64,000 nt of DNA from Cyanidioschyzon merolae (Eukaryota), in the NCBI GenBank assembly GCA_000091205.1, contig AP006501.2, one strand, 5' to 3'. The notes beneath the pieces are model-generated. The model did no database searches. It saw nothing but the letters and a program-made list of their open reading frames with translations, and was not told where the DNA came from. Shown here in pieces: positions 30,500 through 42,078 of the stretch; position 1 is the first letter of the stretch; each line of letters starts with the position of its first letter. A program made the position numbers and the translations under genes.

Positions 30500-32958
30500 A
30501 AGGGAAACGCGATTTTGATCAGTAGCGTGTTATTCAGCTGGAAAAGTTGGATTTCCGTTCAGGACGTAGCAACGTATAGTTTTTCAGTTCATTTGTGTTT
30601 CAAAACTCAAACAAGTCTAGTCAAGTGTTTTTTTCGTAGTATATTGGAGAAGCGTTCACAGAGTGCTTCTTTTCAAAAAAACTAAAAGAAAAGGAAAGTT
30701 ATGAAAAACTGAGTCGACGATCCTGGAGGCCCAGGGTCGCTGGCTGCCGGAGATGAACACATTGTTTCGAGTCCAGAAGAAAGAGGAAGAGAAGAAGAAC
30801 CGAAAGAAGGAGGCCCGACGCCAATGGCAGCAAGAAAGACGACGATACGACGAGATGGTGGTGAAAGCCTGTCTTCTTAATTATATCAAGGATCTCTACA
30901 AGCACAAATTGCAAGAGGACATCCAAAACCGTGTCGACTCGTACTCTAAGAGTATTGTCAAGGCCTCGTCAGGACTGATGCATTTGGCGAGGGAGATGTA
31001 CGGAGACGTGGCGCACATGGAAACGGTCGAGATTCCTGACGAGTTTTTCGACATGACCTTTCTTCGTCACCTGATGCTTGGTACAGCGAAAGCGCGGAAG
31101 GAAAATGTGCTAGTGCATGCCCTCCACGAAAACTTCGCGGAATTCCGCTTCGAGGGTAATCGATACAGCGGTGACGGAAATATTTACACCTACGGGCGAT
31201 GAAGTACCTCACGAACCTGAAGAACCATTTGACGATGAACCTCAAAAGTTTCACGATACGTTCCGTGTTTGGACTCTACCCGGACCCATATCGCAAAGGG
31301 ATATGGGCCATCATCAATGGCATCACGAACGATCGCTTTCATGAACAGGAGATCGAATTCTTCGACAAGAAGACATTACACAGGAGAAAGAATGAAGCTT
31401 CTGTGATCTGCGCGGTCATACAAGAGTACCATGCAGTACTGGGGCTGGCGAATCCAGCAGACAAGATATCAGCTACGAAAAAAGATAAGAAATAATGTTA
31501 TCACCTTATCCTGCGCTATTTTGTGTTTTTGGACCGAGAACTCGAACGCAAGGCCGAAAGGCAGCTGAGTGGGGGAAAATGAAGAGTTGTTGGAACGGAA
31601 GGCTGCCCTGATGGGGAAGTGCTTCAACGTCGTTCCGTTGTGCAGCATCAAGTCACATTTTGTGAATATCGACTCCGGAGTCCTTCATGGCATCGTGAGA
31701 GAGATCAGTCCGGAGTTCGATGTAAGGAAGATAGAGTCCACCGACGAAATGCGGGAGACGTTCTAGAAAATTATCCTTAATTTCAAACGTCTCAAAGTGA
31801 GCAAGCAAAACATATTCACTGGGATGATCGAAACCGATGGAGTAGCCATGTGTGTACACTATCGGCGGTTGAAAACAGATCGGCCAGTTCCGTCCTCGGC
31901 TTCGCCCGTGACGAAGGATGAGGAAAACAAAGAGGTGGATCCTGCGACGCAGAAGGTGCATGAGAACGACTTTGTCGTTGGCGCACACCCCGGAAACACA
32001 AATATCGTAACCATCGCTGTGCCCAAGCGTCCGGTAGATGGTACTGACGGCAACTTATGTCAGAAAGACATGCGGCTTTTAAAGCTCTCGAGAGCGAGAT
32101 ACTATCGAGAATCCGGTATGATGAATGGAAGAAAGAAAACTGAGATATGGAATGCAGGATTGAAAGAGCACTTGGGAGCTTTGAGCGAGGTGACGAGCCG
32201 CGGAACGGACTTTCAGGCTTTTCTGAAATTCATGGAAGTTCGCTTTGCTCATTGGGAGGCGCTGTGGGAGGAGTATGCAAAGCCCCGGTGGGCTCGTTTG
32301 CGTATGAACTTGTATTGTGGTAAGCAGCGGGCGTTTGCCAACTTTTCAATCAGTTGAGTGCCTTGAAGGAGGATCAAAGTCAGAGGTTCGTTGTGGCATA
32401 CGGAGCAGGGCGTTGGAAGACCCAAAAAGGTACTACGCCAGCTCCAACGACGAGAACGTACAAGGAGTGTGCACGGCGTTTCGTTACGATACCTGTATGT
32501 GAGTTCCGAACGTCCTATACATACCATGAACTGGGCTGTACACTTCAGAGAGTGGAGATAGAAAAGTGCCAGAGGAGCCCCGAGGATATAGCAAAGTGCG
32601 GACCGCTGACGGAAGAGCAAATGGAAAGGAGGGCGAAAGTTCGTGGCCTACTCGCATTAGTAAGTACAACTCCCAACGGCAAGAAACGGATGGAGTTTGT
32701 TAACCGAGATTTTAACGCCGCTATCAATATACGGAGATGCGCGGTGATGGAGAAAAGACCTCCAGAGCTGACAAGTGAGAATTTTGTTGGACAATCTCTT
32801 AAAGTGGAACTATATGAGAAAAAATTTGAACCAGCCGTGGGTGGCCGGTCGAGAAGAACGGGGAGACGACTGCACGTTAGACGGAGACGTCTTGTCTAGG
32901 GCGGGTTTCTCGCCACTACTGTAAACCGCTTGCGGCAGCGTTTTTCTTTGAAAGGCGT
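30500..32958 (+). mobile_element. TnpB/Fanzor-like (OrfB-family) element relic, copy A, inside an AT-rich island
   Basis: Five consecutive same-strand ORFs (30753..31202, 31199..31495, 31569..31766, 31797..32357, 32354..32899) together encode a ~680 aa protein. It has a K/R-rich NLS-like N-terminus and a C-terminus ...KCQRSPEDIAKCGPL...KRMEFVNRDFNAAINIRRCAV, the Cys-rich finger plus RDxNAAxNI RuvC-III motif specific to TnpB/Fanzor. Local GC is well below flanking DNA. A 3' block of ~60 nt beyond the stop is shared with copy B and ends near 32958. Confidence 0.55.
30753..32899 (+). pseudogene. disrupted TnpB/Fanzor-like nuclease gene
   Basis: Segments are joined only through a frameshift at 31199-31202, a frame change between 31495 and 31569, a single in-frame TAG at 31764-31766 and a 1-nt frameshift at 32355-32359. 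The last is shown by copy B reading straight through the homologous spot (GQQRELAAFVQSAHPETRLQ). No GT...AG pairs restore the frame. Residues that would align to RuvC-I/II (GAHPG, GAGRW) appear substituted. Confidence 0.55.
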
Positions 32959-33052
32959 GCGGTGGTATCACGTGCACAAAGCCACACGCTATTGCCTTCT
33001 CGTGCGTGCTGCGTTTCAATATTTATAGCCGAGTTGGCCCGCTTCGATTCCG

Positions 33053-35391
33053 TTGCTGAAGCCGCGGTCGATAAGCGCAGAGCTGATGAGCGATGTTTCG
33101 CTCCAAGGTGCGGAAAACGTCTCTCCTGTGCGTGAGCAGTTTCAGCAGCCTACGTCTAGTGCAGCAGATCCGCGAGAGCCCGCGGTCGGCAGCCGAGACT
33201 CAGCCGGCTACCCCCGAGAGCACAACGTTACCCCAGGTGTTCGGTCTAGTTCGGGTACGCAGCATGAGCGTCAGCGGACTGCGGCTTTAGCGGCCTGTGT
33301 TCGAGCGCTCGGCTGTTTCGGTGGTGCGCGAAACTCTCAATGGACGCAGGCCCAGGCGAAGCGGGAAACGACGACAGGCGCTACGGACCAATCAGCGGAA
33401 CCGTCGGTCCCGTGCGAGTCGAAAGTCGGGTCAGCAGTTGCGACTGAAAATACTGAGGACGTGCTGGGTGCTGTTGACGGCGACCACGGCGCCCCGGCCG
33501 ACGTGGACGCGGAGCGTTCTTCAGAGGTTTCTTCGGCGAGCGAGGAGCTTCCATTTCGCTCCCTGTATCGGCGGGCGCAGGTGAAATGGGCCCGCCGGCG
33601 ACTCGAGAAGCAGGTTCAGAAGCTGCTTGCATTTACCTCCACACAGCTTAGTAACCTGCAGCATGTTCGTTCCGGACAAAAGTTGGATGCCGAGTTTGCG
33701 ATCCTCGCACGAATATATACCAATGCACATATCGACGAGGATTTCGCAAGGTTTAGTCGTCAGGAGTTTCGAACCTTCGCGGAGCACTTGCCGCTGTTTC
33801 TGAATTACTTGTTGCATTCGCGGCCGCTCGATGCGCCGGCGACGAGCGCAGCGCAACGCAACGCCTGGCGAGAAGTTGCCTCTTCGACGAGAGAGCGCAT
33901 CCGCCGCCATCAGAATACTCGCAAGCTAATCGAGACGCATTTGTTGCGGCGCTGTAGCGAGTCTGTGCGTTTCGCCCTATTTGTTTATTGGTATTTGGAT
34001 GGTTGTCTGCAGCTTGGACCTGAATCGGACCGGAAGGATACCCTCCGAATTATTATTGAGATTGAGAACATCATGTCGAGGAGCATCACATGCGCGACGC
34101 CCTCTTCACAGGTCGCTGGGGCACGCCCCCCGGTCAAGTCGTTCATGGCGTCGGATACGCCGGACGCGGCGACAGCGGACTCGGCCCCGGCGACATGGAG
34201 CCCCGGTGCTGCGCTTGCGGCTCCCGCCGGTGAAGTGCTCAGCCCAGCAGACGCTGCCGACGTTGGGTCTGTTGAGAGGATCGTGCACCAGCGCGCGATC
34301 GTCCATGAGATCGGTAACGAGTCTCGAGGCGAGGGCGTCTTCAGAGATCGCATGCTGCAGGATGAGACATGTTTGGCAGGCATCCTACCTGCAGAGCATA
34401 CGATCGCAGTGGATCTCGACGCGGATGCAGCTGACTGTGCAGTGCGCTCTGCGGACTGCAGTTTTCCAGAGGCGCCTGGCGTTCAGTCAACGACAGAACA
34501 AGAGCCGCGCATGCTCGCCCAGTCAAGCTTGATGTCGAATACGCGCGTTTTTCCACGAGAATCCATAGAAACTGGCCCTGAACGGGAGATAAGTTTCGCA
34601 TATGTTTCCCGTGGTAATCTTTTTCATGCACAGCTAGATTTTATGCGCGCGCTCATATCCATCTCCGAATTGGCGCTAGGCCTGAATCGATCGCAAAGAT
34701 CACGATTCGTCGTGAGGGAACTAGGCCGCCTGAACGCGCTTGTGGAAGCAGAGCGGCGATATGTTTTTCTGCCAACGGAGCGCATTCCACACCGGGTGCT
34801 TCGCATCCTCGCAGACGAGTCACATGTGTTCTCGACAAAGGAACATGCGCCGTACCTGGCCATTGTCGAAGTGCAGGATCTGGAGTCAACCAAGCTCGCA
34901 GAGCGCGAGCCCCGCAAGACATTGGCACGCACCATTGGCGATTGGCTGCATCGGGCAGGAGAGTATCGCCCGCGAGCGCCCCGCTCCGAACAACGACATA
35001 CAATGACCTGGTTCGCTTCACCACGCGGCACCGAAGCCGTCAAATCCCCTGAAAGCGGTCTCGCAGCAGCAACATCACCAGCGACGACTCCCGATCCACC
35101 GACAAGCCCAGCGTCGCGAAGCGCACCCGCTGTCGATACGCCTTCACCTGCAGGAGAGGAGCTTTCACAGAGCCGTGGCGGGAAAAACGCCTCCGTGTCC
35201 GAGAAACGCAGTGCACGCACGCGATTGCACGCACAGGAGCGTCACGCACGGAATCGCGCCCTGCATGGCGTCGCGAATGCGGCGGCGCATTCACTGACGT
35301 TTCCTGGCCCTAATCAGGCGGAGGCACCGTTCCCATTCTCAACGCGAACAGGCACGGATGCCGCTGAGCTACCACCGATGACCCATCGGTC

Positions 35392-35429
<38 letters not shown>

Positions 35430-36529
35430 GTCTACGAGCGGACGGCGTCGGTTCCAGTCATCCAAATCTTGAGACTGCAGCTGCTTCGGCGACGGGTGAC
35501 GGGATGACTGCATCGATGCCTGCATGTAGCGAAGCACAGGATGCGCGGGATCTTGGAGCGGAACTGGAATCTGGTGAAATCAAAAACGCTTTGGCGGAAT
35601 CGCGTGAAGCATGCTCGACACCGACCAGTGTTGGCAGCGATCGTTGGCGACGTCTCTTTGGGGAGCGCTGGGCTGAAAGGGTTCAGCGTTTGCAGCAGAC
35701 GTCACCATTTGGCCGCATGCCCGGTTGGCGACTGACCTCTGTAATCGTGAAAAGCAAGGACCAACTGCGACAGGAAATGTTTGCAACCATGTTGATTGCT
35801 GAGTTTGCGCGCATCTTTGAGTCAGCTCGTCTTGACGTTTGGCTATGTCCGTACCGCATTGTTGCAACTGGGGCCGATTGCGGATTCGTGCAAGTAATCC
35901 CCGATGCGCCCTCCATTGATCAGATCAAGAAAGCTTTCCACGGTAACATGACGCTTTCTGGCTATTTTGAGGAACGGTTCGGAGCGCGCGGCAGCGCTAC
36001 ACATCGCTTGGCGGTTCGCAACTTTGTGAAAAGCATGGCCGCATACTCCGTTATCACATATCTCCTGAACATCAAAGATCGACACAACGGAAACCTGCTC
36101 ATTGATGCTGAAGGCCATATCATCCACATTGACTTTGGATTCTTCTTCACCAATTCACCTGGTGGCAATATCGAGTTCGAGAAGGCTCCCTTCAAACTCA
36201 CCTGGGAACTTGCCGATGTGATGGGCGGCCCCGACTCGAACGCGTTCCGCCTATTCCGACGACTCTGCGGGCATGCTTACGCCGAGGCCTGTGCGCATCG
36301 AAACAAGATCATGCTCATGGTAGAGTTCATGATGATGGGAAATGAGTCGCTGCCGTGCTTCCGCGGCGGGGCCGACCTCACCCTCGAGCAACTGCGAGAG
36401 CGGTTCATGCCGCGCCAGACCCGTGTCAAACGCATTGCGCACATGAACGCGCTTATCGATCGAAGCAGTAACCATTGGACGACGAGATTTTACGATCGCT
36501 ATCAGCGGTGCTGTACTGGAATTTATTAG
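33053..36529 (+). CDS. phosphatidylinositol 4-kinase, PI4KB/Pik1 type
   Basis: C-terminal catalytic domain ...[24 protein letters not shown]...FKLTWELADVMGG...LPCFRGG...FYDRYQ aligns residue-by-residue to human PI4KB ([24 protein letters not shown]...FKLTTEFVDVMGG...LPCFHGS...LYDGFQ). Poly-Gln tract encoded by (CAACAG)n at ~35393-35428. The exact start Met is uncertain. Confidence 0.85.
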
Positions 36530-37417
36530 CTCCACGGTAAATGAGAGATCTCAATGGCTGGTATACACACTGGACAACGAGAACGGTCACCGTTCGGGTC
36601 GGGTCCGACCCTATACCGAAGTCCTGTCGCACGATACGCTGGACAGGTGCACTGCTGATGCGGACGAAGGCACCCCAGTCGAGTGCTGCACGTCGCGACG
36701 GTATGGCAAGCATCACCAACTTGCCGTCCAGTGGGTGCTCGGATTTCCGCTAAGCGAATCATTTAGATTTGTCGAGCGGCTGCGTCGCAGCCAGCGAAGG
36801 CAGGTCGAGTAGCAAGCGAATATATCGCGTGGCTCGCTACCCGGATGCCCGGACCCCAGTGCAGGTATCCTGTACGAGCGCGATCTGCTGTCGCAGACGC
36901 TCGCTACGCATGGGCGTTAGGTTCAGGCAGAAAAGCGACAGGCCAGTTCTCGATACAGCGACACGGCACAAGCAACGGAACGGAACACAAGCGTACTTAC
37001 CGAATGACGAGGCCCGAAGCCATGAGTCGCCGCTCTTGGTTCGGAGCACGCACGCACGCACACCATCACCCGCAGCAGTCTGACAACGATGCGTACGGCG
37101 TTGCAGTGTCCTAGTCGGGGCTCAAGGACACCCGCGGATGACCACTGGGAAGTGCAGGCGTCGTTTACGCGGAGCTGCTCGCGGACTGGCGAGCGGTTTG
37201 CCGGGCTCGTCGCGACACTGCGCGTGCCAACATGGACTGGGCGCCCGTCCGACTTGCGCTGAGCCTCGAGCCTGGTACAGCGCCGATGCGAACACGTGGA
37301 ACACAGAGGCCCACTCCTCTGGCAATGCTCGTCAATAGCATCCGCATGTAGACGGGTCAGCTTTGATGACGTTTTCTGAAGGCTGCCTTCCACAGAAACA
37401 CTGCCCGCTTCGATGTA

Positions 37418-37593
37418 CTACCCTGAACCAGATCGCAGTTTCCCGTGCCAGTATCGAATGCAAGCACTGTACCAGACAGTGCACCGACTGCAATTGACTC
37501 CAGACTATCCTGAACCAGATCGCCGTTTCCCGTGCCAGTATCGGAGGCAATCACTGTACCAGAAAGTGCACCGACTGCAATTGGATGTGTCTG
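37418..37593. repeat. tandem duplication, 2 x ~87 bp, upstream of the radical-SAM gene
   Basis: ctaccctgaaccagatcgcagtttcccgtgccagtatcgaatgcaagcactgtaccagacagtgcaccgactgcaattg... is repeated head-to-tail at ~85% identity. It produces the duplicated peptide in track ORF 37413..37661. Confidence 0.85.
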
Positions 37594-38447
37594 GGTGCCG
37601 AGCAACCACTGCAGCATATAATGAACTCGGAGACGAGCTCATCGCCGCACCTCCCTGGTAAGAACGCCCCAAGCAACAATCAAGCACTCTGATGGGCAAA
37701 GCGATATGAAAACAAGCGGGCTCCTCTTTGAAGCTTCAGTACGAGCATCTGTATCCAAGCGTGTGTACATCGACGCCCGCTCGTGATGCGGCGACTCCGC
37801 ATGAAAAATTCCAACTGCATTACAGAGACACCGAGGCGCTGTGGGTGCCCATTGTCAGCAGGGGTATCTCAATGGACGCTCAGAACATCGAGCATCGGGC
37901 GACATCGTCATGCATCCGGGCAAGTGCCGTTTCCGAAGCACAGAAGCGCTCGCATGCCGCTGTCCAGCGGATAGACGACGACAGGTGCAACTGCGGATGC
38001 CGCGCGCAAAAGATACAAACAAGACATATATGCTCCAAATTAGATATAAAGGACCAAGCTGTTGACGGGCGCATCTGGCGCGCCACCACGCCGCCTTCAC
38101 GACCGCGCTGGGTGCTACCCGACACCCCCGAACGTCTACCTCAGCGGCTGGGATTCCCTGCCGGAATCCTTCGCAGGTTCCGGACCAGAACAGAACGATT
38201 CACCCTATCTTTGCTGTCTTCGTTCGCTTACTTCTTCCATTCAACGCCACAAAGAGGTGACATGTACAGAAACTGTTTTGTAAGTCAAGGTTTCGCGGGG
38301 AAGTGCAGCGCCCCCGCAAAGCACCGCACGGCGAGCGCGTGGTGCAGGTGCCGTGGTGCACGTGGCGCCAGCTGGGCACCCTGCTTCAGAAACCGGTGCG
38401 CACCGCGGCGAACTGCGCGTGAAACTCGGCTCGGCCGTCTCGCAGCG

Positions 38448-39452
38448 ATGTTTCCGAGCGAAGACGCCGGAGAAAACGTTTTCGAAAAGCACATCGGGAG
38501 GCCGCTCTTTCACGAGAACCCAACCACGCTCCAAATTAACATCGGTTTGACCTGCAACATGGCGTGCAGTCATTGCCACGTTGAGTCGTCGCCAAACCGC
38601 AGGGAAACCATGTCCTTCGAGGTTGCCGACAGGATCCTAGAGCTCCTACGGAACTCCTGGTTCATCGAAACAGTGGATATTACTGGCGGTGCGCCCGAAA
38701 TGCACGACGCCTTTCGGTACCTGATCAGGCAGATACGCACGCACATACCGCATGTGCGAACCATCTACGATCGCTGCAACCTGACCATTCTTCGACAAAT
38801 AGAACAGTACGACTTGGTGGAATTCCTCAAACGACACCAAGTGGATATTATAGCTTCACTCCCGTGCTACGTTGAAGAGAACGTCGATCGACAACGTGGA
38901 AACACGGCTTATCGGAGGAGCATTGCGGCTTTGCTCGAGCTGAACCGTGCTGGATACGGTCTGCCCAATTCACCACATCACCTGCATCTGGTTTACAACC
39001 CGCTGGGTCCGTACTTGCCACCGAATCAACTTGGACTGGAAATCCAGTACCACGAGTATTTGTACCGTAATTTTGGCATATTCTTCAATCGACTGATCTG
39101 TATCACGAACATGCCCATCAAAAGATTCCTCGACGATCTCTGTCGGACCGGCTACTACGAAGCGTACATGGAACTGTTGGTCAACAGCTGTAACCTCGCT
39201 GCAGTGGACGGTGTCATGTGTCTCGACCAGATCCATGTGTCTTACGACGGGACGCTCCATGACTGCGATTTCAACTACGCGCTGGAGATGCCGGTGTGCT
39301 GGGGTCATCCTGATGACCCTGGTCCCCAGACCATCTTTGATTTGCAGCGTAGCTTCGATGAAGTCGCCGGAAAACAGATTCGAACGGGTGTGCACTGCTT
39401 TGGATGCACGGCGGGGAACGGATCGAGCTGTACCGGGGCGATCGTCACTTAG
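38448..39452 (+). CDS. radical SAM/Cys-rich domain protein, ArsS-like (arsenosugar biosynthesis family)
   Basis: CNMACSHC (CxxxCxxC radical-SAM cluster motif) near the N-terminus, and a C-terminal Cys cluster HCFGCTAGNGSSCTG typical of the radical-SAM/Cys-rich family. Start set at the internal Met (MFPSEDAG) of track ORF 37728..39452. The upstream 240 codons are unassigned. Confidence 0.65.
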   Translation: MFPSEDAGENVFEKHIGRPLFHENPTTLQINIGLTCNMACSHCHVESSPNRRETMSFEVADRILELLRNSWFIETVDITGGAPEMHDAFRYLIRQIRTHIPHVRTIYDRCNLTILRQIEQYDLVEFLKRHQVDIIASLPCYVEENVDRQRGNTAYRRSIAALLELNRAGYGLPNSPHHLHLVYNPLGPYLPPNQLGLEIQYHEYLYRNFGIFFNRLICITNMPIKRFLDDLCRTGYYEAYMELLVNSCNLAAVDGVMCLDQIHVSYDGTLHDCDFNYALEMPVCWGHPDDPGPQTIFDLQRSFDEVAGKQIRTGVHCFGCTAGNGSSCTGAIVT

Positions 39453-40206
39453 GTTCGCGTGCAACCTTGGCGGGCGATACGAGCGCGCACCGAGTGAACT
39501 GGTGAATGCAGAACCGCTCGCGCGCTGCCGGATCTGCAACACCAACCTTGTGGGGTCCAGATGCCTCTTGTGCTTCATGTGTCGACGCGACGCCATAAAG
39601 AGGGCTATGTACCGGCATGTCGCTTCATGAATATGATGCAGAGCGTGTGAGAGCATCCGTACGAAACTCTGCATGCATCACGCGGATGAGGGACGCTCCC
39701 CCATCGATAGCTGCAAGCCTGGTGCCGCTGTGTGACGTTTGATGCCTGGAGCGTCGCTTTCAAACGAACAAACGAACGAGCGAGCGAGTCCCGTTGACCT
39801 TGGACAACGCGCCGCCGACTCTACGCGTGCGAATAAGAAACCGACCGGTATGCACTGGACGTTGAGGTCGAGTCAGAGGCAGGCGCACCTTGCATCCGTT
39901 TCCAGCGTTGCTTTCCCGGTCGTCGGGTATCCAGGGATTGCGTCCCTGGTTATTCACGGTGAGGCGAGTACGGAAAGCATCAGAGGTTCTGCGCTATGGG
40001 ACAGAAACCGCGCACGGATGAACAGCCGCCATCATGTTTACGCATCCGCAGTGCTATAACCCGCTTGTTCCACCGCGGCATCCGAACGAACCCAAACGAG
40101 TCCCTGTTTCGAAGTAGACGCGAACACCTACGTACAAAGCGAGCGAGGCGTGCACCAAACTGGACGCATCCACTGCTTGAGCAGGCGCAGTCCCTCTGAC
40201 GCAGAC

Positions 40207-41712
40207 TCAGCGAGTCACCACAATATCATCAATTTTGAGAATCATTCGCGCTGCCTCGGTGGCCAAGGTAAAAGCGCTCGAGCTGACCAGGGTCGGCTGG
40301 ACGACGTGTTCGCTCAACATGTTGGCAACGACGCCGCCGCTCCGCCGAATATGGATGCCAACGCTCTTCTCACCGCGAACGTGCCGGTTCCGGAGCTCGG
40401 TGATTACCTGGATCGGGTTGAGTCCCGCGTTCTCCGCTAAGGTGTACGGGATCGTTTCCAGAGCTTCCGCGTAGCTTTTCACACAGTAGGCTTTGGCGCC
40501 ACTCAGCGTTTTCGCCCATTCTCCGAGACGCACACTGACTTCGGTCTCGACTGCTGCCCCGCCGGGAACGAGGCTGCGTTTCCGAACGAGTGACCGAACC
40601 ACACAGAGCGCATCATGCAGGGAACGTTCCGCTTCGTCCAAGATGAGTTGATTGGATCCTCTTAGCACAATGGTCATCGTCTGTGGCAGATTCGAGGTTC
40701 CAGCAGGCAAACTCGTCCAGAAAGCTGGCCGCTCCGACGAGCCATCGGGCAACATCGAGAGGCCGTTGGTATTGCTCGCGAGCGCGGCAGCCGTTGCTGC
40801 CGCCGCAGGACCCTGCACGAAACGTACGATCTTTTCGTCCCCACTGTCAAGTGCGACCTCTTCAACGACGTCGACTTTGGCGAGCTTGTCCGCGGTGAAT
40901 GTGTCCAGGCCGGCAATCGGAACACAACCTAGCGTCTTGCAGATAAATCCCACTTGATCCCGTTCAATATCGCGCACCACCATGATTTTCATTTTGGCAA
41001 GGTAGTGTAGACTCAAATCGTTGGTCGCATCCCGTAGAATCGATTTCTGAATCAACAAAACGTTGCAGCCGGTAGCCTTGATTTTCTTGCACATTTGCAG
41101 GATATGCTGGCGCTCCTCTCGTAGTATCCGATCCATTGCCGCATAGTCCTGCACGACGACGTTGTTTTCAATATCCGTTTTTGGAGCCGACAAGCAGAAC
41201 TGGATCAATGCTACTTGCGCGTTCACGATGCGGCTTGGCCCGCCCGCGGACTTGACCACCGACTGCGTCAGGATCAGTCCTGGGTAGAGGAAAGAGTCCT
41301 CGATGGTGGAGCCGAGTTTCTTGATAATGCGGATCCGCGAGAGGTCCACCGCTTGCGGTGGTGCTTCGGTCGCTTCCGACTCGATGAAGCGACGCTCGGC
41401 TACATGCAAAACAGCATCAACAGCAATCGGTGCGAGCAAACTCGCATGCTGAGAAACTATCTTGGAGTTAAGTGCCGTTGTCGCAAGTTTCACCAGTTCG
41501 TCTCTATCCGAAAGCGAAACCGGTACCGCAATCGAATCGATAATACGGAGCGCCTCCGTGCACGCAGACTGGTACGCGTCAGAGATCGTCGTCGGATGAA
41601 TACCTCGCTCGAGGAGAAGCTGACTCGCAGCAAGCAGCGCACCGCAGATAACGACGACGGTGGTGGTTCCATCACCCGCTTCTATATCCTGCGACTTTGC
41701 CAGGTTCACCAA
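40207..41712 (-). CDS. CCT4: T-complex protein 1 subunit delta (CCT4), exon 2
   Basis: LVNLAKSQDIEAGDGTTTVVVICGALL...GIHPTTISDAYQ...SDRDELVKLATTALNSKIVSQHASLL...LILDEAERSLHDALCVV...LAENAGLNPIQVITELRNRH...LKIDDIVVTR is collinear with human CCT4. Acceptor ..aaaag|TTG at 41714-41713. Confidence 0.9.
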   Translation of the reverse strand: MVNLAKSQDIEAGDGTTTVVVICGALLAASQLLLERGIHPTTISDAYQSACTEALRIIDSIAVPVSLSDRDELVKLATTALNSKIVSQHASLLAPIAVDAVLHVAERRFIESEATEAPPQAVDLSRIRIIKKLGSTIEDSFLYPGLILTQSVVKSAGGPSRIVNAQVALIQFCLSAPKTDIENNVVVQDYAAMDRILREERQHILQMCKKIKATGCNVLLIQKSILRDATNDLSLHYLAKMKIMVVRDIERDQVGFICKTLGCVPIAGLDTFTADKLAKVDVVEEVALDSGDEKIVRFVQGPAAAATAAALASNTNGLSMLPDGSSERPAFWTSLPAGTSNLPQTMTIVLRGSNQLILDEAERSLHDALCVVRSLVRKRSLVPGGAAVETEVSVRLGEWAKTLSGAKAYCVKSYAEALETIPYTLAENAGLNPIQVITELRNRHVRGEKSVGIHIRRSGGVVANMLSEHVVQPTLVSSSAFTLATEAARMILKIDDIVVTR

Positions 41713-42078
41713 CTTTTCGTGACGAAAGTAAGCGTCCAAGGTTAGTTTTTGTTCTCAACAAGTGCGGAAAATGCACAGTCCTGATATCAACGACAACGCG
41801 CTCTACGCGAAGCGTGTCAGCGTACGCGCCGCAGAGGAAGCACACGTCGCCTCCGACGGCCACGGAACGGTGGAAGGTGCCGCCACCGGCGACGCCGAAC
41901 GCCTAGATTGCTCTCGCAAACGCGTTTAACAGCCACCCCATGAATAACAGGCTCATACTATTTCGCAGTTCGAGCCCGAACAGGGGCGCTGCAAAGATTC
42001 ATTTGCAGTTGTTCTAGGTGTTATAACGCTCAGAGACCTGAACGTCTCCGTATTTGATAGATCGGTGATCAAACTTAC

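Noticed and set aside
30753-32899. Treating the five Fanzor-like ORFs as exons separated by introns
   Set aside because: Adjacent ORFs overlap or abut in different frames with no GT...AG pairs. One break is a lone in-frame TAG, and copy B reads through the ORF4/ORF5 break in a single frame. Frameshift and nonsense decay is the simpler explanation.
33030-33060. tRNA-like T-loop string gcttcgattccg
   Set aside because: No complementary T-stem, acceptor stem or anticodon arm can be drawn around it. It lies at the start of the PI4K ORF.
33381-36535. Numerous 60-200 aa antisense/out-of-frame ORFs inside PI4K, XPO1, the PHD and lipase genes (e.g. 34624..35220(-), 59394..59984(-))
   Set aside because: They lie wholly within confidently assigned genes on the other strand or frame. 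These are typical GC-rich open-frame artefacts with no homology.
40690-40820. Possible unspliced in-frame intron inside CCT4 exon 2 (Ala-rich segment)
   Set aside because: The only GT...AG pair delimits 131 nt (not a multiple of 3), and removing it destroys the downstream TIVLRGSNQLILDEAERS alignment. It is kept as a genuine insertion.
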